This document shows, piece by piece, positions 1 to 11,599 of a DNA stretch of 64,000 nucleotides (position 1 is the stretch's first letter; every line of letters begins with the position of its first letter). The notes beneath the pieces are model-generated. The model did no database searches. It worked only from the letters and a program-made list of their open reading frames with translations, and was not told where the DNA came from. The position numbers and the translations under genes were made by a program. Source of the stretch: the human T2T-CHM13v2.0 reference genome, Homo sapiens; assembly GCF_009914755.1 (NCBI RefSeq), contig NC_060940.1. The stretch is one strand, 5' to 3'.

Positions 1-469
1 AAGGAGATAAAAGGTCTGTGTTCCCTGGATTGGGGAAAGGCTTCCAAGGTGAGCTTGGAGATGGGGTTGGAAGGCCAGCATGTGTTCACTAAGAGGCAGA
101 GGGAGGAGGGAAGGAAGGAGGAAGGCAGATGTGAGTGCGACAGCCAGGAGGTGGGAGCAGGGCTCGGGGCCTCCCGTCCTCCCAGAGCTGGGGGTCTCCT
201 GCATTGATGGGGCTCCTCACTGAGGATGGGCTCAGCTCTCCTCTGATCTTCTAGGACCTTCCTTGGACGGGTAAGAAAAAGGCTACAGGTGAGTGGAGGT
301 TATGGAGGTGGAGAGAACAGAAGAAGGAGGGCCTTCAAGGCTCCGGGAATTGCAGAGGGGTTTTGAGGAGAGTCAGTGGCCTTCCCTCTCATAGGATTAA
401 CACTTTGATGATGGGCTGGTATATAGCAGGTGCTCAGTAAATGTCGGCCCATTTGCTGCTGTTTGCTCC

Positions 470-1625
470 CTGTGTCTCTCTTGTTCCTCCTTTTTCTCTC
501 ACTTCCTTCTTCCTCCCTCCATCTTTCTCTGCTTCTCTCTCTCTGTCTCCCTCCATCTCTCTCTCTCCTTCTCTCTCTCTCTGTCTCTGTCTCCATCCAT
601 CTCTCTCTCCTCTCTCTCTGTCTCCCTTCATCTCTCTCTCCTCTCTGTCTCCCTCACTCCCTCTCCTTCTCTCTGTCTCTGTCTCCATCTCTCTCTCCTC
701 TCTGCGTCTCCATCTCTCTCTCCTCTCTGTCTTCCTCCATCTCTCTCTCTCTCCTTCTCTCTCTGTCTCTGTCTCCCTCCATTTCTCTCTCCTTCTCTCT
801 CTGTCTCTGTCTCCCTCCATTTCTCTCTCCTTCTCTCTCTGTCTCTGTCTCCCTCCATTTCTCTCTCCTTCTCTCTCTGTCTCTGTCTCCCTCCATCTCT
901 CTCTCCTTCTCTGTCTCTGTCTCCCTCTAGCTCTCTCTCCTTCTCTCTTTGTCTCTGTCTCCCTCCATCTCTCTCTCTCTGTCTCCCTCCATCTCTCTCT
1001 CCATCTCTCTCTGTCTCTGTCTCCCTCCATCTCTCTGTCTCTGTCTCCCTCCATCTCTCTCTGTCTCTGTCTCCCTCCATCTCTCTCTGTCTCTGTCTCC
1101 CTCCATCTCTCTCTCTCCTTCTCTCTCTCTCTCTGTCTCTGCCTCTGTCCATCTCTCTTTCCTTTTCTCTGTCTCCCTCCATCTCTCTGTCTCCTTCTCT
1201 CTCTCTGTCTCTGCCTCTCTCCATCTCTCTTTCCTTTTCTCCCTCTGTCTCCTTCCATCTCTTCTCTCCTCTCTCTGTCTGTCTCTGTGTCTCTCCATCT
1301 CTCTTTCCTTCTCTCTCTGTCTCCCTCCCTCTCTCCTTCTCTCTCTGTCTCTGTCTCCTTCTGTTTCTCTTTCCATCTCTCTGTCTCTCTCCATCTCTCT
1401 CTGTCTCTGTCTCCCTCCATCTCTCTCTCCATCTTTCTGTCTCTGTCTCCATCTCTCTCTCTCCTCTCTCTCTGTCTCTGTCTCCCTCCATCTGTCTCTC
1501 CTTCTGTCTCTCTGTCTCGTCCATCACTCTCTCTTTCTCTCTCTCTGTCTCCCTCCATCTCTCTCTCCTTCTCTCTCTGTCTGTCTCCATCCATCTCTCT
1601 CTCTGTGTGTTCTTTTCTCTCTCTC
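470..1625. repeat. Complex CT-rich minisatellite / polypyrimidine tract
   Basis: Almost purely C/T on +. Three perfect 38-bp units CTCCCTCCATTTCTCTCTCCTTCTCTCTCTGTCTCTGT at 773-886 plus many variant units. Confidence 0.95.
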
Positions 1626-2319
1626 CTTAAGTGTGTGTCTCCCTCTGTCCCAGGGGCCTGTTCATCATCTTCCTCTGCCTCCCATCTCCTGCTCCATCTC
1701 TTACCTTATCAGGGGCCCTCCACTCTCCTCTCTTCCCTTCCCCGCCCTCCTAGCCCTGCAAAGACTGAGATGTGATGATGGAGTATTTCCTGCAGGAGGT
1801 CCTGCCTCAAACCTCACACGCCCAGAATGCACCACTGTCCTCCTTCAATGCTCTTGCCCTCATGGGATGACTCCCCTGTTTCCCCATCATGGTCGCAGCC
1901 TGGCATCTGCATCCTCCATGACTCCCACCCTTGCCCTGCAGTTTGTGGACCATCAAGTCCTGCCAGTTCTGCTTCTCTGGAGCCCATCCACAGTCCTCCG
2001 TTCCCTCTACCACCATCTCCTTGTGGCCAGACACCTGCAGTCACCTCTTAGCCGTGCTCTCCAGCCTGTACCGGCCCTGCCTGCCCTTCCTGTACCCCAA
2101 CAACAGTCTTTGTGAGACTCACCCTGACCTTGTCACTCCTTCACTTAAAGCCCTTGGTGGTTTCTCATTGCACCCCCACACTTCCTAGCCTGGCATCCAA
2201 GTCCAGCCATGACCTGACCTCACTTTCCCCTTTCCCAACCCCAAACCAGCAGTCTTGCTGATTCCGTGTCCAGCCAGTCCTGGAGTCACTGTCTCTGAAC
2301 ATTCCCCCATGAAAATTCC

Positions 2320-2471
2320 GAGTTGTCGTGACTTGGGGAGGGGGTGCCACTGACATGTAGCAGGTGGAGGCCAGGGATGCTGCTGGACACCCCACAATGC
2401 ACAGGCCAGCCCCCAACAGCAGAGAACAATCTGGTCCAGGAGGTCCGTAGTGCCAAGGTGGAGAAAACCTG
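2320..2471 (+). mobile_element. MER20 (hAT-Charlie) fragment
   Basis: GAGGCCAGGGATGCTGCT...ACAATGCACAGG...TAGTGCCAAGGTGGAGAAAACCTG resembles the MER20 consensus. Confidence 0.8.
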
Positions 2472-2513
2472 GTCCAGGGAATTGGGCACAGACAAGTAAA
2501 TAAATTAATTTGG

Positions 2514-2817
2514 GGCCGGGCGCAGTGGCTCACACCTGTAATCCAAGCACTTGAGGAGGCTGAAGCAGGCAGATAGCTTGAGCCCAGGAGTTTAAGACCA
2601 GCCTGGGCAACATGACGAAACCCCGTCTCTACAAAAAATACAAACAATAGCCAGGTGTGGTGGCACACGTGGTCCCAGCTACTCAGGAGGTTGAGGTGGA
2701 AGGATCACCTGAGCTCAGGGGGGCCAAGGCTACAGTGAGCCCCCTGATTGTGCTGGTGTGCTCCAGCCTGGGTGACAGAGGGAGATCCTGTCTCAAAAAG
2801 AAAACAAAGAAAAGAAA
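2514..2817 (+). mobile_element. Alu (J-like)
   Basis: GGCCGGGCGCAGTGGCTCA start, dimeric body, A-rich tail. Confidence 0.92.
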
Positions 2818-3190
2818 ATGTGGTCAATCCATACAATGGAATATTATTTAGCCATAAAACTAACAAAGTACTGGTACGAGCTACAACATGGATGAAACTT
2901 GAAAGCGTGTGAAGTGAATGGAAGAAGCCAGTCATAAAAGATCCTATCTTCTATAAATCCATTTATAGAAAATGTCTAGAATAGGCACATTGATGGAATA
3001 GAAAATAGAGCAGTGGTTGCCCAGGGCTGGGAAGATTGGTGGAAAATGAAGAGCGACTGCTAGTGGCATGGGGTTTCTTTTTGGGGTGATGAAAATATTT
3101 TAAAATTAAGCTATGCTGATGGTTACTAAAAATCATTGAATTATATGCTTTAAGCATGATATGTAAATGATACCTCAATAAAGCTGTCTA
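2818..3190 (+). mobile_element. Old L1 (L1MB-like) 3' end
   Basis: AATGTGGTCAATCCATACAATGGAATATTATTTAGCCATAAAA...TACCTCAATAAAGCTGT, typical of L1M 3' UTR. Confidence 0.8.
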
Positions 3191-3621
3191 AAATTTTTTG
3201 AATTAAAAATCAGGAGTTAAGAAAACAGATTTTGGCCTTCCTCGAATGCCATGCATATGAGCTCTGAAGTTCACCTCTGCTGCCGTATTCCCTGCTGTAT
3301 TATATCTGGGCAGCTGCACTCATTTAAGTCACCTCCATGGTCGCTCTGGGCATTAGATGTGAGACCCCCCAGTCTGGAGTGAGGAGACCATGCGTACTGA
3401 AGTTACCAGCCTCATTCTCCCATCTCATGTCCAGTCCTAGCAGCAAAGAGCCCCTGGGGACCAGAAGGGGCCGTATGGACATGGATGGCCAGCAGTAGAC
3501 TACATGGACCAGTCTAATAGCAAAGCCCATGAGCCTTGAAGCCAAAATCGCCACTTACTAAGCCTGTGCCTCAGTATTCTCAACTATAAAATGGGGACAA
3601 TAAGAGCACCTACCATTGTAG

Positions 3622-4256
3622 TGTCAGAGGCATTTGAACCAGAGTGACTCCATCTTGACGAGGGGCTGGGTAAAATGAGGCTGAGACCTACTGGGCTGCA
3701 TGTCCAGGAGGTTAGGCCGTCCAAGTCACAGCATGAGTTAGGAGGTCGGCAGAAGATACAGGTCATAAAGACCTTGCTGATAAAACAGGTTGCGGTAAAG
3801 AAGCCAGCCAAAACCCACCAAAACCAAGATGGTGACAAAAGTGCCCTCTGGTTGTCCTTACTGCTCATTATATGCTAATTACAATTCATTAGCATGCTAA
3901 GAGACACTCCCACCAGCACCATGAGAGGTTACAGATGCCATGGCAACATCAGGAAGTTACCATGTATGGTCTAAAAGGGGGAGGAGCCCTCAGTTCTGGG
4001 AATTGCCCACCCCTTTCCCAGAAAACTCATGAATAATCCTCCCCTTGGTTTGCATATAATCAGGAAATAATACTAAGTATCCTTAATTGAGCAGCCCATA
4101 CCACTGCTCTGCCTATGGAGTAGTCATTCTTTATCCCTTTACTTTCCTAATAAAGTTGCTTTCACTTTACTCTATGGACTTGCCCTGAATTCTTTCTTGC
4201 ATGAGATCCAAGAACCCTCTCTTCGGGTCTGGACAAGGGACCCCTTTCCAGTAACA
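3622..4256 (+). mobile_element. MER41B solo LTR (ERV1) inserted in a MIR
   Basis: TGTCAGAGGCATTTGAACCAGAG start, ...CCAGTAACA end, 635 bp. Near-TSD GTAG/ATAG; B-type segment carrying tandem GAS motifs; MIR halves on both sides. Confidence 0.88.
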
Positions 4257-4344
4257 ATAGCGCTGGACAGAGGTCATGTCTCAGCACACAGTAGGTGCTC
4301 AATAAATGTGAGCTATTGGTGCTATGATTCTTGTTTGTGATTTC

Positions 4345-4671
4345 AAATTCCCAGAAGTTCTAAAATCCAAATGTTTTTTGCAACTCATCTGGTCACAATA
4401 CCTGACTTGGCCTGAACTTCTTTGGAACATAAGCCTGACCTGGATGGATGTGAGGCTATTTACTATCTTGATTTATCACCCCCTGCCAGCCTGCATATGT
4501 GTTTTACAGCAGAAATATGAATGGATTTGATTATAGGGATCTGCCCCAGCTGCTGGTGGGGTGTGATGGAATGGATAGTCTATGTCTTATGTTACCTTCC
4601 AAAATCTAAAAAGTTCTGAATTCTGGAACACTTTTAGACCCAAGGATTTCAGACTGGGCACTGTGACCTGT
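4345..4671 (-). mobile_element. TcMar-Tigger fossil (MER46C-like)
   Basis: TTACCTTCCAAAATCTAAAAAGTTCTGAATTCTGGAACAC...CCCAAGGATTTCAGA resembles recalled consensus. Confidence 0.55.
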
Positions 4672-5244
4672 ATGATGAAGATGATAACAACAAAGATCAA
4701 ACCCCGCCCCCTCTTTGCCAGATGTTGCATTAAGAGCCAAAAATGGTGGCACAGCCCCAAGCAAAGGCAGAAGGGAGAAAACATCGCAAAATTCTGAAGA
4801 TAAATCTTCTACCAGCCCAGGGGGATGGGGGCTTAGAATTAAAATTAAGGTCCTATCCAGAAATGAAAGAGCTGAAGTGTTGCTTGCACACCTGGGCTCA
4901 GGGATAAGAATAGCACTGGCCACCTTAGCTTTAGAAGACTGAGTTTGGAGAGACTCAGCTTGGTCCACTACCTTGGGGAAAGAAGGGGTGAAATGGATGG
5001 CTACAGAGGGGTGAAATCTGTAGCATCTAAAACACACAGGGACTCCCCATAGAGGGCCAAGCTAAGCAGGCCCAGCCCTATTGCAAATGCTTAAGGCATT
5101 AGTCCCCAAACAGGGAAGACTTCCCAGGCCTCTCCCTTAATGTGTCAATGGCTCTAGTTGCCCCAAACTGAACATAGCTGGGAGAGGGGAGCAGGTGACA
5201 GCTCAGCTGCAGATATGTGCTCCTGTCTCCCCACCCAGGACCCT

Positions 5245-5592
5245 TGTTGTATAATAAAGAATTTGACTAGCCCTTGTCCCTGTTTCAGGAGGGACACTCT
5301 AAATCCTTTGAAGTTTGTAATAGAAGTGTCTTTGTTATTCATGAGGCTCTTGAATCACATCAGATTTGATGCTAGTGAGATGAGATGATGACTCAAAATG
5401 GGGGCTGCGGGAGGGTCACTAAAAAGATCAGCCTTGCAATTAGAGGGCTGGGGCTTTGAGCCAGCCTGACCTCAAGGAGGAGAGGGGACTGGAGATTGAG
5501 ATCATCTACACATCGACATGGCCAATGATTCCATCAATCGTGCCTATGTCATAAAATCCCAATAAAAACTCTGGACACTGAAGCACAGGAGA

Positions 5593-5634
<42 letters not shown>

Positions 5635-6179
5635 GACAGGGACTTTGTCACCAAGGCTGGAGTGCAGTGGTGCAATCATGGCTGACTGCAGCCTCCTCAA
5701 CCTCCCAGGCTCAAACAATCCTCCCACCTCAGCCTACCAAGTATCTGGGATATAGGTGTGTGCCACCATGCCCAGCTAACAGGCAAGCTTCCTGGATGGT
5801 GAACACATGATGTGTTGGAGGGTGATGTGTCCTGATTCCACAAAGAGACAGCATGGGAGCTCTGCATTGAGACCCTTGCCAACCTTGCCCTATGTGTTTC
5901 TTCCTTTGTCTGGTCTTGATCTATATTCTTTATAATACAGCTGTCACCTTAAGTAGAGTGACTTCTGAATTCCGTGAATCATTCTAGTGAATTATCGAAG
6001 CCTTGTATTTGTAGCCAGTTGGTCAGAAGTGACAGTGGCCTGGGGACCCCTGAACTTGCAGCTGGCATCTGAAGTGGGGGCAGTCTTGCTGAGGACCATG
6101 CATTAAGCCTGTGGAGTGTGATGCTGCTTCTGGGAAGATGGCATCAGAATTGCATCAGCACAGACCAGCTGGTGTCAGA
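5245..6179 (+). mobile_element. MER21C-like LTR interrupted by an Alu arm
   Basis: TGTTGTATAATAAAGAATTTG start; GGCCAATGATTCCATCAATC, CCCAATAAAAACTCTGGACACTGAAGC; CTGGTGTCAGA end. Confidence 0.75.
5596..5780 (-). mobile_element. Alu right-arm/FRAM fragment with long poly-T
   Basis: Long T run then GGACAGGGAC...CAAGGCTGGAGTGCAGTGG. Confidence 0.85.
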
Positions 6180-6208
6180 ATCCCCCCCTTGTCTTGACTT
6201 GACTTTCT

Positions 6209-6660
6209 GTGGCAGACATTGTCTTGCCTCCAATCATATCTCCTTGGCCCACACCAGGCGTCATCTGTGGCTTTGGTTAGGCAATTCCCACACATGTTGG
6301 TGACTTCTTTCCTCAAAGACTTGCTTTCTTCGGTGGAGAAGGCTGGAGATTATGGGGAGTTAATGTCTCAGGAGTGACCCTAAACTAATGGTGGATGGAA
6401 GTTGGTGAGCAAATATCACTGCTTTCTCACCCCTTGAGTGAACAGTTTTGGGGTGTGCTCTACTCAGCCTCCATGAGGGACTGAGCCCCAGTGGCCCACA
6501 GTGGTTACCTTCTCGTCAATACTCCCTTTAATGTCTTTCCTCCCTTCCTGGTATCCTTTTCCACTCTCCCACCGTACTTGCTAAGATCACCTCCGAAAGA
6601 AACTGCTTGCACCTGAATCTTCATCTTAGGGTCTGCTTTGGAGAAACTCAAAATAAGGCC
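6209..6660 (+). mobile_element. LTR33-like (ERVL) LTR
   Basis: GAGCCCCAGTGGCCCACAGTGGTTACC; 3' end AACTGCTTGCACCTGAATCTTCATCTTAGGGTCTGCTTTGG. Confidence 0.6.
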
Positions 6661-6874
6661 TCTGCCATTCCTGGGGCACCGGATCGTTCGGTTCCACTGT
6701 GGACACTCTGATAATTTGACAGTTTGACAACACATTTGGGCTTGTATCAAGCAGTTCATTTTGGCAACCACTTGCCTGCTGTTGCATGATAATCCTGCTT
6801 GGTCCATGACTGAGCCCACATCATGGACGTGCCAACAGACCCAACCAAACCTGGCTAATGAGAGTAATTCATCC

Positions 6875-7253
6875 TCTGGCATGGTAATTTGTTTAGAAAT
6901 GAGTCTATGACTTAGTTGGTCCAATTATAGTCCTTTTTGGACAAAACTCCAAGCAGACACTATTGGAAAGGAGCTCTCTCTACCTCTAGAATTTTAAATG
7001 AGCCTGGGCTACTTGTAGCCATCCTCTCCGCATGGAGAGGGCCTGACTGAGAATGATACTAACACAGAAGAAGGCAGAGTTTAGAGATATAGATTCCTGA
7101 TTACATGATCACCTGGATGCAGCTGTGCCTGAAGCCCACCCCCTCCACTTTTCAATTACTGAACCAACAGATTTCCAGCATGATCCCCTTTTTTCCCTCC
7201 AGCTAATTTGATCAGGTTCTTGTCACTTACAAATAAAAGGATCTTTAATAATA
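6875..7253 (+). mobile_element. Ancient MaLR LTR (MLT1K-like)
   Basis: CCTGGATGCAGCTGTGCCTGAAGCC...TTTTCAATTACTGAACCAA...TTCTTGTCACTTACAA. Confidence 0.6.
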
Positions 7254-8449
7254 TGTAAATATTCATCTTTCTGACTTAGACCCTCTGCATTTTTAAACAC
7301 AAAAATACTTGCCCTCTAAGCTATGAGCAAGAAACCAAGTCTGCCAGGCCAGGGAAACTGAACAGAAGGGGTTATGGGTGGGGGATTCTTTCAGCACAGG
7401 TGAAGGTGGCAGGGGTGACTGGTGGAATTAGGGTCCCAGCAAACTTGTCCTAAGATAATTTGTGGCCATTTACAGGAAGAAGCACAAGACCAAAAGTCAC
7501 CACAATAAGAGTAAGCTCCAAGAAAATGCCAAGGAATTAAGAAGTGTAACAGGAAGGAAGCCTTCCTTGGGGGAAGGTGTCATGATTGAACACAGAACTT
7601 AGATCTGAGCTTCCTGGCAGCCGATGGAAAAAGGCAAACTCAGTGAGCGCATGGCTCACATTCACTCCTAAAAGGCAGCACAGATGAGATCGTAAGGCAA
7701 ATGGCTCTGCAAATTTGCTTTCCTAAGAAGCCACATGCTGCCTGGCTCCTGGCACTGGTACCAGGCCCAGGGGAGTTGCACTGTGCCTGCTCACAACCTA
7801 GTTCCCGAGGATGTGAGTATAGGCAATGGAGTGAAGTTGGTATGCTTTGCCCCTTGGCCCCCAGGCCTCCAGGTCCCCAAACTCCTGTCCAAAACACACT
7901 GGTGGCACCCACCCCGCAGGCCATAGGGGAGTGTGCTCTTCAACTCGGTCCACACTCTTAAGATGGCACCTGAAATTCGGATTTCAAAGAGTTACCTTGT
8001 CTTTGGTAATTTGGGTTTTATTGTGACATTTCATTTTCTCTTTAGGTAACAAAATAGATGCTTGCTGATTTCTCCACGAGGCTGATTATTTCCCGGAGAT
8101 GGACAGGTTTCTCTTTGTGCCAGTGCTGTTTTTCCTGAAAGCCCACAGTTAGCTGGACTGTGCAGGAATTTTCCGAACGACTTTCTCTTTTTTCCTTAGT
8201 GGATCAGCCTCAATTTTTGGAGGAGCTGGGGGAGGAACAGAAATTTGCCCAGCCCGCTCACAACCCTTTCTGGATCTAAGCCCCTGACCACTGGGGAGCA
8301 AGAGGGTGGCAGAGCCCTGTCTTCCCCAATACCTCTCGACCGAAGTCACAAGACTTGGGGGGAGTGGGGACATGGGCAGCCGGAGCCATCCCTGGTCTCG
8401 AATTAGTCTTGCTTGGCTGGGAGAGCACGAGAAAGGCCGTGGTCTAGTT

Positions 8450-8714
8450 CAGGGCCACATTATGACTTTTATGGGCCCTGGGCACTTTTGCCATCGTAGA
8501 CCTGTTCCTCCATAAAAGAAGTATTAAGATTTACCTTTTATGACAGTAATGGTATAAAGACAAATATGACCCTGTCTAGATTCATTTTTGTATCTTCATT
8601 ATTATTACATTCTTTTTTTCTTCTGGTTTTAAAAGAAGTCAAAATTAAACATTTCATGGGTCCCTAGCAGTATCGTGAGCTCCAAGCCCTGTGCTGGCTG
8701 GAGAAGGTGACCAA
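8450..8714 (-). mobile_element. ORSL (hAT-Tip100) non-autonomous DNA transposon
   Basis: CAGGGCCACATTATGACTTTTATGGGCCCTGGGCACTTTTGCC...GGTATAAAGAC...TTTTAAAAGAAG resembles the recalled ORSL consensus, about 265 bp. Confidence 0.65.
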
Positions 8715-9059
8715 GGGAGCCAGAAGTCACCAACTTCCCATTCCCTTGCCCCTCCCCAACCCTGTCCCTCAGCCCTGGGGGGCCACCTTCCTATATAACC
8801 CTCTGCTGCCAGCAACACTGAGTGGGGAGACAGCCTTGACCCTTTTTCTCCCTTCACTGAATCATCCAAACCCCAGCCCCTGGGCCCCAGCCTTGAAAAT
8901 TGCCCACCTTTGATATCTGTTCAAATTGCCCCAGCCTCATTTTGAGAGTGCTGGACCTTGGGGCAAGATCTGTCCCTCAGTTTATTCAAAGGCAGCTAGG
9001 AATAATAATAATGATAACAACCTGAAGTCCTGGGTGCAAAGCCCTGCTCAGAACACTTC

Positions 9060-9212
9060 ACCATGGCAGACTCTAGGGTTCAACACGTTACTAGCCATGT
9101 GGCTGCAGGCAAGTCAGTTTTCTGATCTGTAGAATGAATGTAATGCTACAGGAGGAGTAAAGAGATTAACACATGTGGCAGGCTTACCCCAGGGCCAGCG
9201 CATAGTAGCATC
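9060..9212 (+). mobile_element. MIR (5' part; resumes at 10356-10380)
   Basis: TTACTAGCCATGTGGCTGCAGGCAAGTCA...CTGTAGAATG...GCATAGTAG; 3' end TCAGTCAATGCTGGCTATT after the LTR. Confidence 0.7.
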
Positions 9213-9232
9213 TGTTAAAGAAAAAAAAAATG

Positions 9233-9899
9233 GTTTTTGAGAGACAGAGTCATGTTCTGTTGTCCAGGCTGGAGTGCAGTGGCATGATCATAACTCACAG
9301 CAGCCTTAACCTCCTGGGCTCAAGGATCCTCCTGTCTTGGCCTCCTGAGTAGCTGTGTATTAGTCCATTCTCACACTGCTAATAAAGACATACCCAAGAC
9401 TGGGTAATTTATAAAGAAAAGGGGTTTAATTGTTTCACAGTTTTGTGTGGCTTGGGAGGCCTCAGGAAACTTACAATCATGGTGGAAGGGCAAGCAAACA
9501 TGCCCTTCTTCACATGGCGGCAGGAGAGAGAATGAGTATTGAGCAAAGTAGGAACCCCTTATGAAACCATCAGATCTCTTGAGAACTCACTCACTATCAT
9601 AAGAATAGCGTGGGGGAAACTTCCCCCATGACTCAGTTACCTCTATCTGGTCCCGCCCTTAACATGAGGAGATTATTACAATTCAAGGTGAGATTTGGGT
9701 GGAGACACAGAGGTAAACCATATCAAGCTGGGACTGGACTACAGACTCACACCACTATGCCCAGCTACTTTTTTTTCTTCATAAAGACAGGGTCTCACTA
9801 TGTTGCCCAGGCTGATCTCAAACTCCTGGCCTCAAGTGATCTTCCACCTTCAGCCTCCCAAAGTGCTGGGGTTACAGGCATGAGCCATCACACCCAACC
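9233..9899 (-). mobile_element. AluJ split by a THE1 LTR
   Basis: Alu pieces 9233-9355 and 9726-9899; TSD TGTTAAAGAAAAA at 9213-9225 / 9900-9912. Confidence 0.88.
9356..9725 (-). mobile_element. THE1C/D solo LTR (MaLR)
   Basis: TGTATTAGTCCATTCTCACACTGCT...AAACCATATCA, 370 bp; perfect 5-bp TSD AGCTG (9351-9355 / 9726-9730). Confidence 0.9.
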
Positions 9900-10408
9900 T
9901 GTTAAAGAAAAACTTATCCAAACACTTTAGGTAAAAACGGTAAGGAGGACTTATTCAAGAGGGACCACTGCCTTGGGGGCTTGCAGTAGTAGGGAGAGAT
10001 TGGGCTCAACTCTGAACACAAGGACAAGTGGGGATTCACAGCCAAGGAGCAGGGTGGGGTTCACAGATGAAAATCACTATGAGGAAGCATCAGGGGTAAG
10101 GGGGTTCTGGCTAAATTGACTCAACAGGGTTTTGCTGGAGGCAGGCCAGGGTGATAACACAATCAGGGGAGAGGGAGGAGGAATTTGATCAGATATCAAG
10201 GCTGGGGGGGTTTTTGATACACGGATCCAGCAGGATTCTTGCTAAAATGGGACTGAGTGGACCAAGGACAGAACCCAAGATTGGAGTCTAGTCAGAAGAA
10301 GGACTCAGAGGGGCCTGATTCAAACTGGGTCAAAGGAGAGAGCCTTTATCACATCTCAGTCAATGCTGGCTATTGTGATTAATGATAATGAATGAATGAA
10401 TTATAAAT

Positions 10409-11107
10409 CAGTTGTCCTTTGATATCCACAGGGGATTGGTTCTAGAACTCCTCACGGATACTAAAATCCAAGGATGCTCAAGTCCCTGATATAATTTGGG
10501 GCCCACGCCTGTAATCTCAGCACTTTGGGAGGCCGAGGAAGGAGGATTACTGGAGGACAGGTGTTGAAGGCCAGCCTGGGCCAATATAGCAAGACCTCAT
10601 CTTCACAAAAAAATTAAAAATTAAAAAAATTAGCTGGGCATGATGTCACACACCTGTAGTCCCAGTTAGTCAGGAGGCTGGGGTGGGAGGATCACTTGAA
10701 CCCAGAAGGTCGACGCTGCAGTGAGCTGTGATTGTGCCACTGCACTCTAGCCTGGGCAACAGAGAAATACCCTGTCTTTAAAAATAATAATAAATTTTTT
10801 AACTTTTAAAAAATGGCTTAATATTTGCATCTAACCTACATGCATCCTCCTGTATACCTTAAATCATCTCTAGATTACTTGTAAAATCTAATACAATGTA
10901 AATGATATGTAAATAGTTGTTGTATTGTTATTAAATTTGTATTATTTTATTTATTATTTTTATTGTATTATTATTTTATGTATTATTTTTATTGTATTTA
11001 TTGTTGTATTGTTATTTTTTAATTGCTTTTTTTTTTTCCCAAATGGTTTCGCTCTGGGGTTGGTGGAATCCACAGATGCGGAACCCATGGCTGCAGAGGG
11101 CTGACTG
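10409..11107 (+). mobile_element. MER2 (Tigger) interrupted by an Alu at ~10500-10795
   Basis: Termini CAGTTGTCCTTTGATATCC / GAGGGCTGACTG; AAATCATCTCTAGATTACTT core. Confidence 0.85.
10500..10795 (+). mobile_element. Alu (J-like)
   Basis: CACGCCTGTAATCTCAGCACTTTGGGAGGCCGAGG, dimeric body. Confidence 0.9.
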
Positions 11108-11599
11108 TAATTGGTTAGAGAAAGGGCTGCCCCAGTCTTTTCTCTACCAAGGCACTGACCTTGGGCTGAGCTGGTCCAGCAGATGTCAGAGCCCAACCTC
11201 TCCCCAGATAGACCTGGCTGCTGGCCTCTGCCCAAGCCTGCCTGCCAGCTCTTCCTAGACAGAAAGCAGCACTTTCCCTCCCACAGGAGCAGAGCAGAAG
11301 CCCTCTCCACCTCCTCCAAGCCCCTTACCACCTCTTGCCCTGTTTCCAAGGGGCTCCCTAAAGACCAGCCTCCCATGTCTTCCTGGCCAGACGCCCAGCT
11401 CTCAGCAGCAGCCTCAAAGTTTATCTCCTCATATTGTGTCTCTCCTGTTTATCTTCTCCTGGGCATGAATACAAAATCCTTTCTCTCCACCACTTGCTAC
11501 CTCAGTCTTATTCCATCATCTGGCTGCTACATCCTTCTCAGTTACTGTTTTCTGAAGACTTAAAATCTTTGTCCTCCCGCCTGGTCACTCCTGCAGTGT

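Larger units (their letters stand above)
9213..10351 (-). mobile_element. MER31-like ERV1 solo LTR (body 9900-10351) hosting an Alu
   Basis: TG...CA ends with 4-bp TSD CATC (9209-9212 / 10352-10355); GAGAGATTGGGCTCAACTC, GCCAAGGAGCAGGGTGGGG. Confidence 0.75.

Noticed and set aside
300-2115. Long ORFs (up to 444 aa; S/L-rich on +, E/R-rich on -)
   Set aside because: They arise from the CT-rich repeat, which rarely produces stop codons; low-complexity products with no gene context.
8025-8051. Pyrimidine tract + TAG|GTAAC (recursive-splice-like)
   Set aside because: On the plus strand, antisense to the host gene; no evidence of a plus-strand transcript.
8790-8800. TATA-like CCTATATAA
   Set aside because: Isolated motif on the antisense strand with no supporting promoter features.
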